Origin: Candidatus Parvarchaeum sp. | GTDB taxonomy: Archaea; Nanobdellota; Nanobdellia; Parvarchaeales; Parvarchaeaceae | NCBI GenBank assembly: GCA_049965555.1 | Contig: JBMFWF010000005.1 | Location: forward strand, 1 to 62,915 | Direction: 5' to 3' | Length of the DNA: 62,915 nt | Shown: positions 1 through 8,957 of the stretch, in pieces | How the letters are laid out: every line of letters starts with the position of its first letter | Position numbering within the stretch: position 1 is the first letter of the stretch | Notes under the pieces: model-generated | Told to the model about the DNA's origin: nothing | What the model saw: only the letters and a program-made list of their open reading frames with translations | Database searches by the model: none | Position numbers and translations under genes: made by a program

Positions 1-111
1 CTTTACAATGAGATAAAAAAAATGCGTGCTTCCTACAAGGACAATAATGACAAGGAAGATAAGGAATTTGGTAAAACCTGGGTTTCTTACTTGATTAACC
101 ACAATAGATAA
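1..111 (+). CDS. 3' end of an unknown CDS running in from the left edge
   Basis: Frame 1 is open from base 1 (LYNEIKKMRASYKDNNDKEDKEFGKTWVSYLINHNR) to TAA at 109-111. Confidence 0.5.
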   Translation, partial: LYNEIKKMRASYKDNNDKEDKEFGKTWVSYLINHNR

Positions 112-112
112 G

Positions 113-120
113 TTTATAAA
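113..120 (+). promoter_or_regulatory. TATA box for the zinc-ribbon gene
   Basis: TTTATAAA preceded by purine-rich BRE-like GATAAG, about 25 nt upstream of the leader hairpin. Confidence 0.55.
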
Positions 121-146
121 TAGACCTGTTCTTATACATAAGGTAG

Positions 147-226
147 AGGAATGATGTTAGGGGGTTCTAGTAGGAGTTTATTGTTTATTCAAACTTTCTC
201 TTATTGGATTTCTAAGCTTCATTCTT
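147..226 (+). promoter_or_regulatory. Long G-U-rich stem-loop in the putative 5' UTR
   Basis: AGGAATGA(147-154) pairs with TCATTCTT(219-226); TTAGGGG(157-163) with TTTCTAA(209-215); TCTAGTAGGAG(166-176) with CTCTTATTGGA(198-208); directly followed by SD AAGGAGG (227-233). Confidence 0.55.
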
Positions 227-236
227 AAGGAGGAAT

Positions 237-374
237 ATGGCAAAATTCGAAAGAAGAATGTATAAAGCTGTATGCTCCGATTGTGGGAAAGAGACAGAGG
301 TTCCTTTCCAGCCACAAGAGGGCAGACCAGTTTACTGCAGAGACTGCTATAACAAGAGAAAAGGAACACAGTAA
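237..374 (+). CDS. CxxC-x17-CxxC zinc-ribbon small protein (45 aa)
   Basis: Not in the ORF track; MAKFERRMYKAVCSDCGKETEVPFQPQEGRPVYCRDCYNKRKGTQ matches the family signature C-x2-C-G...VPF.P...RPVYCRDC; strong SD upstream. Confidence 0.9.
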   Translation: MAKFERRMYKAVCSDCGKETEVPFQPQEGRPVYCRDCYNKRKGTQ

Positions 375-433
375 TTCCTATTTTTAGTTAAATAGCAAAA
401 CATTAATTATTTATATTTTTTTATTTATATTTT

Positions 434-1867
434 TTATTGATCTTCGAGTGTTCTAAGTTGCGGGAAAGGTATAACTTCCTTTATGCTTTTTGAATCTGTC
501 CCCAGCATCTGCAGCCTATCGATTCCAATGCCGACGCCGCCTGCAGGAGGCATACCATAACCCATAGCTTCTATGAAATCCATGTCAAATTCCTGCGTTT
601 CATCTATTCCTCTGTTCTTTCTTTTCGCTTCTTCCTCAAACCTGCTTATCTGGTCTATTGGATCATTTAATTCTGAAAATGCATTTGCTATCTCCATGCC
701 AGCTATATAAAGCTCGAATCTGTATACAAATCTTGGATCATCAGGCGTTCTCTTAGCCAATGGCGATACTTCAACCGGGAATCTGGTGACGAATACCGGG
801 TCCATTATATTATCGGAGATCTTTGCCTCAAATATTGCGTTTACCGCCTCCCCGTATGAGCTTACCTTGCTGTCAAGTTGTTTTCCTCTCTTTATAATCT
901 CACCTTCACTATCTGTTCCTGTGTTTTCTTTTACCATCTCTTCCATTGTTTTTATCTGGAATTTCGACAGGTCTATTGTTTTTTCTCCGAATTTGACCTT
1001 GTAGGTCTTATTCGCTGCATAGACAGATTCCTTTACTATTTCTTCAGTAAGTTCAAGCATTGTGCTTAGATCGCCATATGCTTGATACGCCTCTAGCATC
1101 ATGAATTCAGGGTTATGCCTAGTATCTACACCCTCGTTTCTAAAGTTCTTGCTTATATCGAATACCCTCTCGAAACCACCCACAAGAAGGCGTTTAAGGT
1201 AAAGTTCTGACGCTATCTTCAGGTAAAAATCTCTGTCCAAGGAATTATAATGCGTTATAAACGGCTTTGCGTTTGCACCTCCCGGTATAGGCTGAAGTAT
1301 TGGCACTGTAACCTCTGTGAAGCGTTTCCTTTCCATTATTTCTCTTATCCTGGACAGCATAATGCTGCCCTTCTTTATCTTTTGCAGCGATTCCCTGTTT
1401 ATTATGAAATCCAAATACCTTTTTCGGTATCTTTTCTCAGTGTCTTCAAGGCCATACCATCTAGACGGCATTGGAAGCAATGACTTGCTAAGCATCGTTA
1501 TTTTCTTTGCATCTATTGATATCTCATTTGTCTTGGTCTTTATTATCGTTCCATTAACTCCAATTATATCCCCAGTATCAAGTTCCTCTGCAATCTTTAT
1601 TGTTTCTTCATCAGCATGTTTTTCCGAGAAGTATACCTGTATGCTGCCTTCTTCATCCTGAATGTCTATGAACTTTATCTTTCCATGGTCTCTCTTTGCC
1701 ATTATCCTGCCGGCTATTGCAGCTTCTTTTCCCTCAAGTTTTTCAAAGTTTTCTTTTATGTCAATGGAATGCAGAGTTATGTCAAATCTGCTGCCATACG
1801 GATCTATACCTTCTCTTTTAAGCTTTTCCAGCTTTTCCAGTCTTTCCTTGTCGAATTTAAATTCCAT
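434..1867 (-). CDS. lysS: Lysyl-tRNA synthetase, class II
   Basis: OB-fold anticodon domain, YRKRYLD, GGANAKPF, FRNEG..HNPEF (motif 2), GMPPAGGVGIGIDRL (motif 3); start taken at MEFKF (ATG 1867). Confidence 0.96.
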   Translation of the reverse strand: MEFKFDKERLEKLEKLKREGIDPYGSRFDITLHSIDIKENFEKLEGKEAAIAGRIMAKRDHGKIKFIDIQDEEGSIQVYFSEKHADEETIKIAEELDTGDIIGVNGTIIKTKTNEISIDAKKITMLSKSLLPMPSRWYGLEDTEKRYRKRYLDFIINRESLQKIKKGSIMLSRIREIMERKRFTEVTVPILQPIPGGANAKPFITHYNSLDRDFYLKIASELYLKRLLVGGFERVFDISKNFRNEGVDTRHNPEFMMLEAYQAYGDLSTMLELTEEIVKESVYAANKTYKVKFGEKTIDLSKFQIKTMEEMVKENTGTDSEGEIIKRGKQLDSKVSSYGEAVNAIFEAKISDNIMDPVFVTRFPVEVSPLAKRTPDDPRFVYRFELYIAGMEIANAFSELNDPIDQISRFEEEAKRKNRGIDETQEFDMDFIEAMGYGMPPAGGVGIGIDRLQMLGTDSKSIKEVIPFPQLRTLEDQ

Positions 1868-3113
1868 GGTATTGCACAAATAGGGTCACCAAAAGAAGGA
1901 GGCCAACAATCATGGAATAACCGAATATCCCTTTTCTTGTGCTCTTATCCTTTGAGATTAACCCTATGAATCCCTTTTCTATTATCGCTGCGAATATCGA
2001 TATGCCTAAAAGCATTGCAGTGTAGCTTGCACTTATCTCGTGGTTAAGGAGAAGCGTGCCCAATGCAAATGCAGCGCCCACTATATTTGCAAGTGCAGAC
2101 AAGAACATGTCAACTATTAGCAGGTTCGGTGCTACGACTGCAACTATCCTTGAAACTGAAAGAACTACGAAAAATACAGCAGCAAACTCCAGTGTCTTTA
2201 CAAGAGGAAACGGATTGCTTGGTCTTTCTGCTTTCTTATTTATGTCTTCTTTCCCAATTAAGTATATTATTAAAAGGCTAATCATAGAGACCGCAGTTAC
2301 AGGTATCATGTAGTATAATACTTTTGACGAAAGAGTTACTATATATATTATAAGCAAGGCCTGGATAAGGACCATAGGTATATTTGCTGCAACTACTACA
2401 TTGTAAACGATTGTTTTTCCAAGTTTTTTGAACCTGTTACCCAAATTTATAAGGGCAAATGTTATAGTAGTGCCTGTTATCAAGCTCCCTATTACTGTTG
2501 AAACGAGAAGGCCCGATTTTGAAACTCTAAGTATGGCATACTGGAGAAAAAAGACGGTTCCTACAAGTGCCACAAGAAGCCAGAATTGGAAAGGATTGAA
2601 GAAATCATAGGGGCCCATGTATGTGTTTGGAAGCAGCGGAAGTATAACAAATGATATTATCAAAAGGTTTATGGCCGCTATCATCTCGCTTTTCTTTATT
2701 GATGTTATGAAATAAAGAAATTCTCTTTTATAGAAACTTATCGCGGTTATAAGTATAACTATAACTATTGCATATTGATAGTAACCTAAACCTACAAGCA
2801 TTCCGGACAAAAAAAGTATCATTGAACTTATGTATGTCGTTGCACCAGGGTTCCTCGTCTTAGCATTCTTTTCAAAATAAATCGCACTTGAGAATGCGAT
2901 CATGACTGCGAACCCGGCTATTATAACAGGCATATACTTGAAAATTTCGTAGAATAAGGCAAAAATATCTCCAAGAAGGGCTATAAATATTGATGTTCTG
3001 AAGCCCATGAATATCTTTACGCCCTTTTGCATTCTATATTCATTTTCAAGGCCAAATACTGCACCCAATGCTATCGAAAGCACTATGAATTCAAAAGTCA
3101 AATCTATATTCAT
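1857..3113 (-). CDS. MgtC/SapB family membrane protein with DUF4010 domain
   Basis: N-terminal LGAVFGLE...GFRT, G.TT motif, many TM helices, ILPLLPN...FNP..FW. Confidence 0.8.
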   Translation of the reverse strand: MNIDLTFEFIVLSIALGAVFGLENEYRMQKGVKIFMGFRTSIFIALLGDIFALFYEIFKYMPVIIAGFAVMIAFSSAIYFEKNAKTRNPGATTYISSMILFLSGMLVGLGYYQYAIVIVILITAISFYKREFLYFITSIKKSEMIAAINLLIISFVILPLLPNTYMGPYDFFNPFQFWLLVALVGTVFFLQYAILRVSKSGLLVSTVIGSLITGTTITFALINLGNRFKKLGKTIVYNVVVAANIPMVLIQALLIIYIVTLSSKVLYYMIPVTAVSMISLLIIYLIGKEDINKKAERPSNPFPLVKTLEFAAVFFVVLSVSRIVAVVAPNLLIVDMFLSALANIVGAAFALGTLLLNHEISASYTAMLLGISIFAAIIEKGFIGLISKDKSTRKGIFGYSMIVGLLLLVTLFVQYHGI

Positions 3114-3158
3114 TATTATTCTAAGAAATAACTATTAATAAAGTTTGTTTAGAGTGTT

Positions 3159-4298
3159 TTATCCATTGTATGTTTCAATGAATTTTTCCGCTGCTTTCTC
3201 CCAGGTAATGCTGTCAAGCTCTTTGTATGCGTTTTTTGCAATTTCTTTGTCTATTTCACTGTAATCCAGCAATCCCAGTATCAAATCAGCCATCTGTTCT
3301 GTGTCCCAGAAATCCACTGTAAGTGTGTTTTTTATTATTTCAGAAACTCCAGACTGAGACGACACTATGGTTGGAACATTGGAAGCAATGGCTTCAAGAG
3401 CTACTATACCGAACGGTTCTGATACAGATGGCATTACAAACACGTTCGCAATCGAATAAAGTATCTCCATTTCTGCGTCGGGAACTCTTCCCAAAAAGAT
3501 TACTTTGTCGGAAAGATCAAGGTTTATTGAGAGGTTTATCAAATTTGAAAGTTCTGGTCCTTCTCCTATTATGTACAGCAGGGCATCGTCATTTTTCTTA
3601 GATACTATTTTGAATGCCTTTATAAGATTGTCTATTCCTTTCTGTACAGACAGCCTTCCGACATAGAGCACTACTTTTCTGTTGCTGTCCCTTCTTATCC
3701 CGTTGAATTTTTCTTTATTGATAGCGTTGTATATAACATTTATTTTCCTTTCATCTGCGTTGTACAGTCTAATAATCTCTTCCTTAAGTCTTCTGCTTAC
3801 AGTTACAATAGAATCCGCATTATCTATAAGTTCTTTTTCTTCCTTGGCTATTTTTTCCCAAGGTTTGCCTGCAGTTCTGTCATATTCAGTGCTGTGTATA
3901 GTCGCCACTAGTTTTTTACCAGTTCTCTTTTTTATTTCAATTGCAGCTCTCCCAGTTACCCAATCATTTGCATGTATGACATCAAACTCTACTTTAGAAG
4001 AAAGATCCAATGCTTTGTTTTTGTACTCCTCTACTTCATTTAAAACGTCCCTATAAAGGTTTTTTTCACCCGTTTCATTTGAATCTTTTTTAGTGCTTAA
4101 GCTATACATGCTTTCAAAAAGCTCGCTTTCAAAGGTCAAGAACTTCACCCCTTTTATTTCACTATGCTCCTTAAATGGAAGTATTACATTTACCATTACT
4201 CCCTTCTCAGAAAGTGCCTTTACAATATTATAAGAATGAGTACCTAAACCCCCTACTGAGTGCGGGGGAAACTCCCATCCTAAGAAAAGAACTTTCAT
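3159..4298 (-). CDS. Glycosyltransferase family 4
   Basis: MKVLFLGWEFPPHSVGGLG, HANDW, VGRL..QKG, EPFGIVALEA; start at ATG 4298. Confidence 0.92.
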   Translation of the reverse strand: MKVLFLGWEFPPHSVGGLGTHSYNIVKALSEKGVMVNVILPFKEHSEIKGVKFLTFESELFESMYSLSTKKDSNETGEKNLYRDVLNEVEEYKNKALDLSSKVEFDVIHANDWVTGRAAIEIKKRTGKKLVATIHSTEYDRTAGKPWEKIAKEEKELIDNADSIVTVSRRLKEEIIRLYNADERKINVIYNAINKEKFNGIRRDSNRKVVLYVGRLSVQKGIDNLIKAFKIVSKKNDDALLYIIGEGPELSNLINLSINLDLSDKVIFLGRVPDAEMEILYSIANVFVMPSVSEPFGIVALEAIASNVPTIVSSQSGVSEIIKNTLTVDFWDTEQMADLILGLLDYSEIDKEIAKNAYKELDSITWEKAAEKFIETYNG

Positions 4299-4369
4299 GT
4301 TATTTCTGCGATTTTGTGTATTATTACTAATAATAATATGTTTTTTATTCTTTAAATACAATAAGATTA

Positions 4370-6505
4370 ATGGACAAATTAAGTGAGCTCCGGAGTTACA
4401 TACCCGCTGATATATACAAAAGACTGGAGAAAAAGATAGAATATTTCATGCCGCCGCAGTCAGATGCGGTAAAAAAAGGGCTTTTTACAGGAAAGAACTT
4501 AATAGTTTCTGCACCCACTGCTTCTGGTAAAACGCTGATAGCAGAGATGGCAATACTTAATTCCTTCTTGTCAGGCAAAAAATCAATTTACCTTGCGCCT
4601 CTAAGGGCGTTGATCTCAGAAAAATACGAGGATTTTGTGAATGAGAACAGAGATGTAAAAGCAATACTTTCAATCGGAGATTACAATGAAAAGGATTACA
4701 ACATAGACAAGTATGATGTGATTTTCGCTTCCACTGAAAAGTTCGACAGCATAATAAGGAACTCACTGCATAAGGTAGGCAATATAGGCTGCATAGTCTA
4801 TGACGAAGTGCATCTTTTGTCAGATATAGGTAGAGGCCCGACTCTAGAGTTTCTTGTGACATTAAACAAGCTTCTGTTTCCGAATGCACAGATAATAGGT
4901 TTAAGCGCTACAATAGGCAATGCAGAAGATGTGGCAGAGTGGCTAAAAGCAGAGCTTATAAAGAGCGATTTCAGGCCAGTTAAACTCTCAAAGAAAAAAT
5001 ACTTCGAAGGGGAGCTCATAAATGGAAACGTTGAAAAATTAAACAGCGGTTATGAAGACCCACTTTCAAATATAGCTTCTTGGCTTTTTAAGAACAATAA
5101 ACAGGCTTTGGTTTTTTCGCAGAATAAAAGGACAGTAGTTGCGAATGCAAAGACGATAGGGTCTTTGATAGGGAAAAAGCTATCGGATGAAGACAAGAGG
5201 AGCTTGCTGTCAGTTTCAAAGGAAGTTTTGAATGTTCTTGAAAGGCCGACAACGCAGTGCGAAATTCTAAGTGACCTTGTAAAGCAAGGAGTAGCATTCC
5301 ACCATGCAGGTTTGGTAAACAAGCAGAGAAAGTTGATTGAGGATAACTTTAAAAAAGGATTAATAAAATTCATAGTGGCTACTCCAACGCTTGCCATGGG
5401 CGTGAATCTGCCGGCCAATACCGTTATAATAAATTCAATACGCAGATACGGAGATTACGGTATGGAGCTTCTTCCAACAATAGAAGTGGAACAAATGATG
5501 GGGCGTGCAGGCAGGCCAAAATATGATAAAGAGGGCAATGCAATAATCGTTGCCAGGAATGAAGGGGATCTGGACATAATAGATAATAAGTACTTCAGCG
5601 GAGAGATAGAACCTATAACTTCCAAATTTAACAGCGAGATAGCAATAAGAAAGTACACACTTAATCTTTTCTGTCTTGGGATATACGACAATCAAGACAA
5701 CATTTCAAATTTCTTTGATGAAACTTTTATGCATTTCAGTGGAATTGATGTATACGATAAGATAGAAGACGCAATATCCTTCTTGGAAGAGAATCATTTT
5801 ATAGAGTTAAAGGGAGATAAAGTTGAGGTCACAAGGATGGGGAAGCTCGTAAACTCCCTTTATATAGATCCATTGACCGGTTCTTTGTTCATAAAATTCA
5901 TTGAAAGAATAAAGAAAAAAGGGAAAATAGAAGAATTGGACCTATTGCACGTGATATTCTGTAGCGAGGAATTCAGGAATATACATGTAAACCAGAAGGA
6001 ATTTCAGAAATACGAGGAAGAAAGCTATGAGCTTGACCTTTCTGCAGACGAGAACATTGTAGATTATGATAGGTTTGTATCTGCCATAAAGATGGCCCAT
6101 GTTATGCAGGATTGGATTTCAGAGAAGAATGAAAAATATATGGAGGAGGAATATGGCCTTCTACCAGGGGAGTTCTACAACATACTTGAGAACACAAAAT
6201 GGCTTGTTTATTCTTTAAGCGAGATCAGCAAGGCAATACAGCTAAGAAGAAGAGAGATTAATGAGATAAGTATAAGAATCAAAAACGGCATAAAGGCAGA
6301 GCTGATACCTTTGGTGTCTGTGCCAGAAATAGGGAGAGTCAGGGCGAGAAAACTTTATTCAGCAGGGATAACTTCATTGAATTCTTTAAAGGAAACAGGG
6401 CTTGAACGCTTAAGCTCTCTTTTAGGAAGAGGCGTTGCACAGAAGGTTTACGCATACCTTCATAAAAATGAAAATACTCTGCTAGATAGAAAGATATTTG
6501 TTTAA
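4370..6505 (+). CDS. hel308: Ski2-like SF2 helicase Hel308/Hjm
   Basis: APTASGKT, DEVH, SAT, HHAGL, TLAMGVNLPA, QMMGRAGRP, C-terminal HhH IGRVRARKLY. Confidence 0.93.
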   Translation: MDKLSELRSYIPADIYKRLEKKIEYFMPPQSDAVKKGLFTGKNLIVSAPTASGKTLIAEMAILNSFLSGKKSIYLAPLRALISEKYEDFVNENRDVKAILSIGDYNEKDYNIDKYDVIFASTEKFDSIIRNSLHKVGNIGCIVYDEVHLLSDIGRGPTLEFLVTLNKLLFPNAQIIGLSATIGNAEDVAEWLKAELIKSDFRPVKLSKKKYFEGELINGNVEKLNSGYEDPLSNIASWLFKNNKQALVFSQNKRTVVANAKTIGSLIGKKLSDEDKRSLLSVSKEVLNVLERPTTQCEILSDLVKQGVAFHHAGLVNKQRKLIEDNFKKGLIKFIVATPTLAMGVNLPANTVIINSIRRYGDYGMELLPTIEVEQMMGRAGRPKYDKEGNAIIVARNEGDLDIIDNKYFSGEIEPITSKFNSEIAIRKYTLNLFCLGIYDNQDNISNFFDETFMHFSGIDVYDKIEDAISFLEENHFIELKGDKVEVTRMGKLVNSLYIDPLTGSLFIKFIERIKKKGKIEELDLLHVIFCSEEFRNIHVNQKEFQKYEEESYELDLSADENIVDYDRFVSAIKMAHVMQDWISEKNEKYMEEEYGLLPGEFYNILENTKWLVYSLSEISKAIQLRRREINEISIRIKNGIKAELIPLVSVPEIGRVRARKLYSAGITSLNSLKETGLERLSSLLGRGVAQKVYAYLHKNENTLLDRKIFV

Positions 6506-6523
6506 AGGCTGCATGAATAGATT

Positions 6524-7135
6524 ATGAAAATACTAGCCGCTTCAGATATTCACGGAGATTTACAGGCTGCAGAGGCTCTTGCAAGGAAAGCAAAAAAGGA
6601 AAAGGCAGATTTGATAATACTTGCAGGTGACCTTTCGATATTTGGAAACGGCTTAGAAGGCCTTCTAAAGCCTTTCAAAGATGCAGATAAGAAAGTTGCA
6701 TTGATACCCGGCAATCACGACAGCGAAGCAGATATCTTCATGCTAAAGAAACGCTATCCTGACACAATCTACGATTTGCATAATTATTCCTTTAAGATCG
6801 GAGATGTTGGCTTCTTTGGCTGTGGACTAGCAAATATCGGTCCGAATGAACTTTCGGAAGATGAGCTTTATAAGAAGATACAGTCCTCTTATAACTACAT
6901 AAAAAACTCAAAGAAAAAGATAATGGTAGTACACGTTCCACCTTATAATACCAAGCTTGATAAAATAGGAAATAACATGAAGATAGGAAGCACTGCAGTT
7001 AGAGATATGATAGAAAAAACAAAGCCGGATGCTTGCATATGCGGACATGTTCATGAAACATTTGGACTTGAAGACAAGCTAGGTAAAACAAACATAATAA
7101 ATGCCGGACCAAAGGGCAAGATAATTGAGATATAA
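6524..7135 (+). CDS. Calcineurin-like metallophosphoesterase
   Basis: SDIHG, AGDLS, GNHD, HVPP, CGHVHE motifs. Confidence 0.9.
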   Translation: MKILAASDIHGDLQAAEALARKAKKEKADLIILAGDLSIFGNGLEGLLKPFKDADKKVALIPGNHDSEADIFMLKKRYPDTIYDLHNYSFKIGDVGFFGCGLANIGPNELSEDELYKKIQSSYNYIKNSKKKIMVVHVPPYNTKLDKIGNNMKIGSTAVRDMIEKTKPDACICGHVHETFGLEDKLGKTNIINAGPKGKIIEI

Positions 7136-7172
7136 TTGATAATATTAATATAATAAATGTCAGTTTAAACAA

Positions 7173-7418
7173 ATGAAAACAACACTAGTCTATAGTTTAT
7201 TTGTATTTTTCATAATAGCTATACCTATTACAATATACGCAAATTTTACTTTTTCTTTAGGATTAGCAGGTCAATTTGCATTAGGGCTGCTCTATTTAAT
7301 TATTTTGGCCTGTTTGTTTTACTATACTTCATCGAGTAGTGTTTATAAGAAGCACAGTTGGATTCTAACTGTAAGTTTGTTCTTGTTAATTTTGTTATTG
7401 GCTCTTCTTATCTTTTGA
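7173..7418 (+). CDS. Small membrane protein (about 3 TM)
   Basis: 81 aa almost wholly hydrophobic ORF filling the gap. Confidence 0.6.
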   Translation: MKTTLVYSLFVFFIIAIPITIYANFTFSLGLAGQFALGLLYLIILACLFYYTSSSSVYKKHSWILTVSLFLLILLLALLIF

Positions 7419-7470
7419 TGAGTATTTAAATAATACTAAGATAAATATCGTGCTTTTCTTAAGATATAAT

Positions 7471-7563
7471 GGGCCCATAGTCTAGTCCGGATAGGACTGA
7501 TGGCTTCGAATGCCTTCAGTTGGAAGTAACCATCTGACAGGGGTTCAAATCCCCTTGGGCCCT
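7471..7563 (+). tRNA. tRNA-Arg(TCG) with 19-nt intron at 37/38 (7510-7528)
   Basis: Acceptor GGGCCCA/TGGGCCC, anticodon stem GATGG/CCATC, T-arm AGGGG-TTCAAAT-CCCCT; BHB helix CTTC/GAAG with bulges GA|A and TA|A. Confidence 0.93.
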
Positions 7564-7643
7564 TTTTGTTTATAAATAGGAGGAAAAAAGAAATTATTAA
7601 TCTTATTGCTTAATCTTTTATATTTGAATTAATTGAATTCACT

Positions 7644-8174
7644 ATGGAAGATGAACTAAAACTTTGGATAAGGAGGGACCTATCAGATATATTAAAATTG
7701 ATTTTGAACAATAAGAAAGAAGGTTTGGCGTATGTACATGCAATAATAGATAGCGGTGACTTTGATTACAAAACTTTAGACAGGAACAATATTGACAACA
7801 GAAAATACGGGCTAGAGCATGTACTTCTGAATATTTCTAAAGTTCTGCACGAATACACTGATGAATGTGATCGAATGTCCTTTGGATACAAAAAATCTGG
7901 AGAAACAAGGGAATACTTTGTAAGACCCTTTATGCAATATGAGGTCTATGAAGCATTATCTTCTGTTATAGATGACATATCTGAAATGTACCAGGTAGGT
8001 TTTGAAAATAACGACCTTTATCCTGTCAGAAAAAAGAATAGAAAAGATATTGAGAGGCAAAGGATAAAGAGGTTAGTGCAGGATATAATTGACACAGAGG
8101 CAGAGTATGACTTTGTTTCAAATTTGGAAGACACAGTAAATTACAATAAAACGGTCCGTAGTATCGATTCATAA
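7644..8174 (+). CDS. Hypothetical protein
   Basis: 176-aa ORF, normal composition, no recognised motif. Confidence 0.7.
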   Translation: MEDELKLWIRRDLSDILKLILNNKKEGLAYVHAIIDSGDFDYKTLDRNNIDNRKYGLEHVLLNISKVLHEYTDECDRMSFGYKKSGETREYFVRPFMQYEVYEALSSVIDDISEMYQVGFENNDLYPVRKKNRKDIERQRIKRLVQDIIDTEAEYDFVSNLEDTVNYNKTVRSIDS

Positions 8175-8210
8175 AAATATAAATACTTGTCCCTACAATC
8201 TGATAATTAT

Positions 8211-8483
8211 ATGGTTTTAGATGAATCAAAAATAAGTATAAGTAAACTTTTCTTACACGACAAGCCTTTCCTTCTTCTCAAAGCTATAAGTGAAAGCCGG
8301 CAGCCAGTCTACGCTACTATGATATCTAAGAAAATAGACTGCAGCTATGCTTACATAGTAAGACTAATAAAGATAATGAAAAGGATGGATCTTGTTTATT
8401 TTGACGGAAGCAATCACAAGAAAATAATAAACCTAACGCAGAAAGGCAAGAAAATATTCAAGCTTCTTTCAGAACTAGATTAG
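8211..8483 (+). CDS. Winged helix-turn-helix (MarR-like) protein
   Basis: ATMISKKIDCSYAYIVRLIKIMKRMDLV...INLTQKGKK; ATG at 8211. Confidence 0.75.
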   Translation: MVLDESKISISKLFLHDKPFLLLKAISESRQPVYATMISKKIDCSYAYIVRLIKIMKRMDLVYFDGSNHKKIINLTQKGKKIFKLLSELD

Positions 8484-8951
8484 TCAGTCTGTTTTGTCGA
8501 TTGACTTGGCGTATTCCTCTATTTTGCTGAGCATCCTGTCTATTATATAAGGCTTTATAAAACTCGATATTATTTCATTGAGTTTCATGTTTTCCTTTAT
8601 TCTGTAAAAGCTGTTCCTTTTTTCAACCAATCCAACTGCCATTAGTTTCCTTAAATCCCTAAGTATATTCGCATAAACTATCTTTACCTTTCTCTTGTAA
8701 AGTTCCTTGATTATCTCATAGCTGTCCAAGCCTTCCGGCCTCTTTTTTCTTGCTTTAAGAAGTATATCGAGCAGATAAACTATGGCTATTCTGCTTTCTC
8801 CAGGGTTTATAAGCCCTAACGAAATACAGAATCTTCTAAGGTTTGTGTTGTAATCATTTGTTGGCCTCTCAAATTCATTTAATGATATTCCGCTTAATGG
8901 CCGGTCTCTGAAAAGTCTCTCTCTTAATTTTTTATTTCCTTTATTGTCCAT
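8484..8951 (-). CDS. Hypothetical protein with probable winged-helix domain
   Basis: LDSYEIIKEL...YANILRDLRKLMAVGLVEKRNSFYRI. Confidence 0.65.
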   Translation of the reverse strand: MDNKGNKKLRERLFRDRPLSGISLNEFERPTNDYNTNLRRFCISLGLINPGESRIAIVYLLDILLKARKKRPEGLDSYEIIKELYKRKVKIVYANILRDLRKLMAVGLVEKRNSFYRIKENMKLNEIISSFIKPYIIDRMLSKIEEYAKSIDKTD

Positions 8952-8957
8952 GGATCT

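Noticed and set aside
178-369. 63-aa minus-strand ORF from the track
   Set aside because: It is the antisense shadow of the real plus-strand CxxC-x17-CxxC gene (237-374) and its leader.
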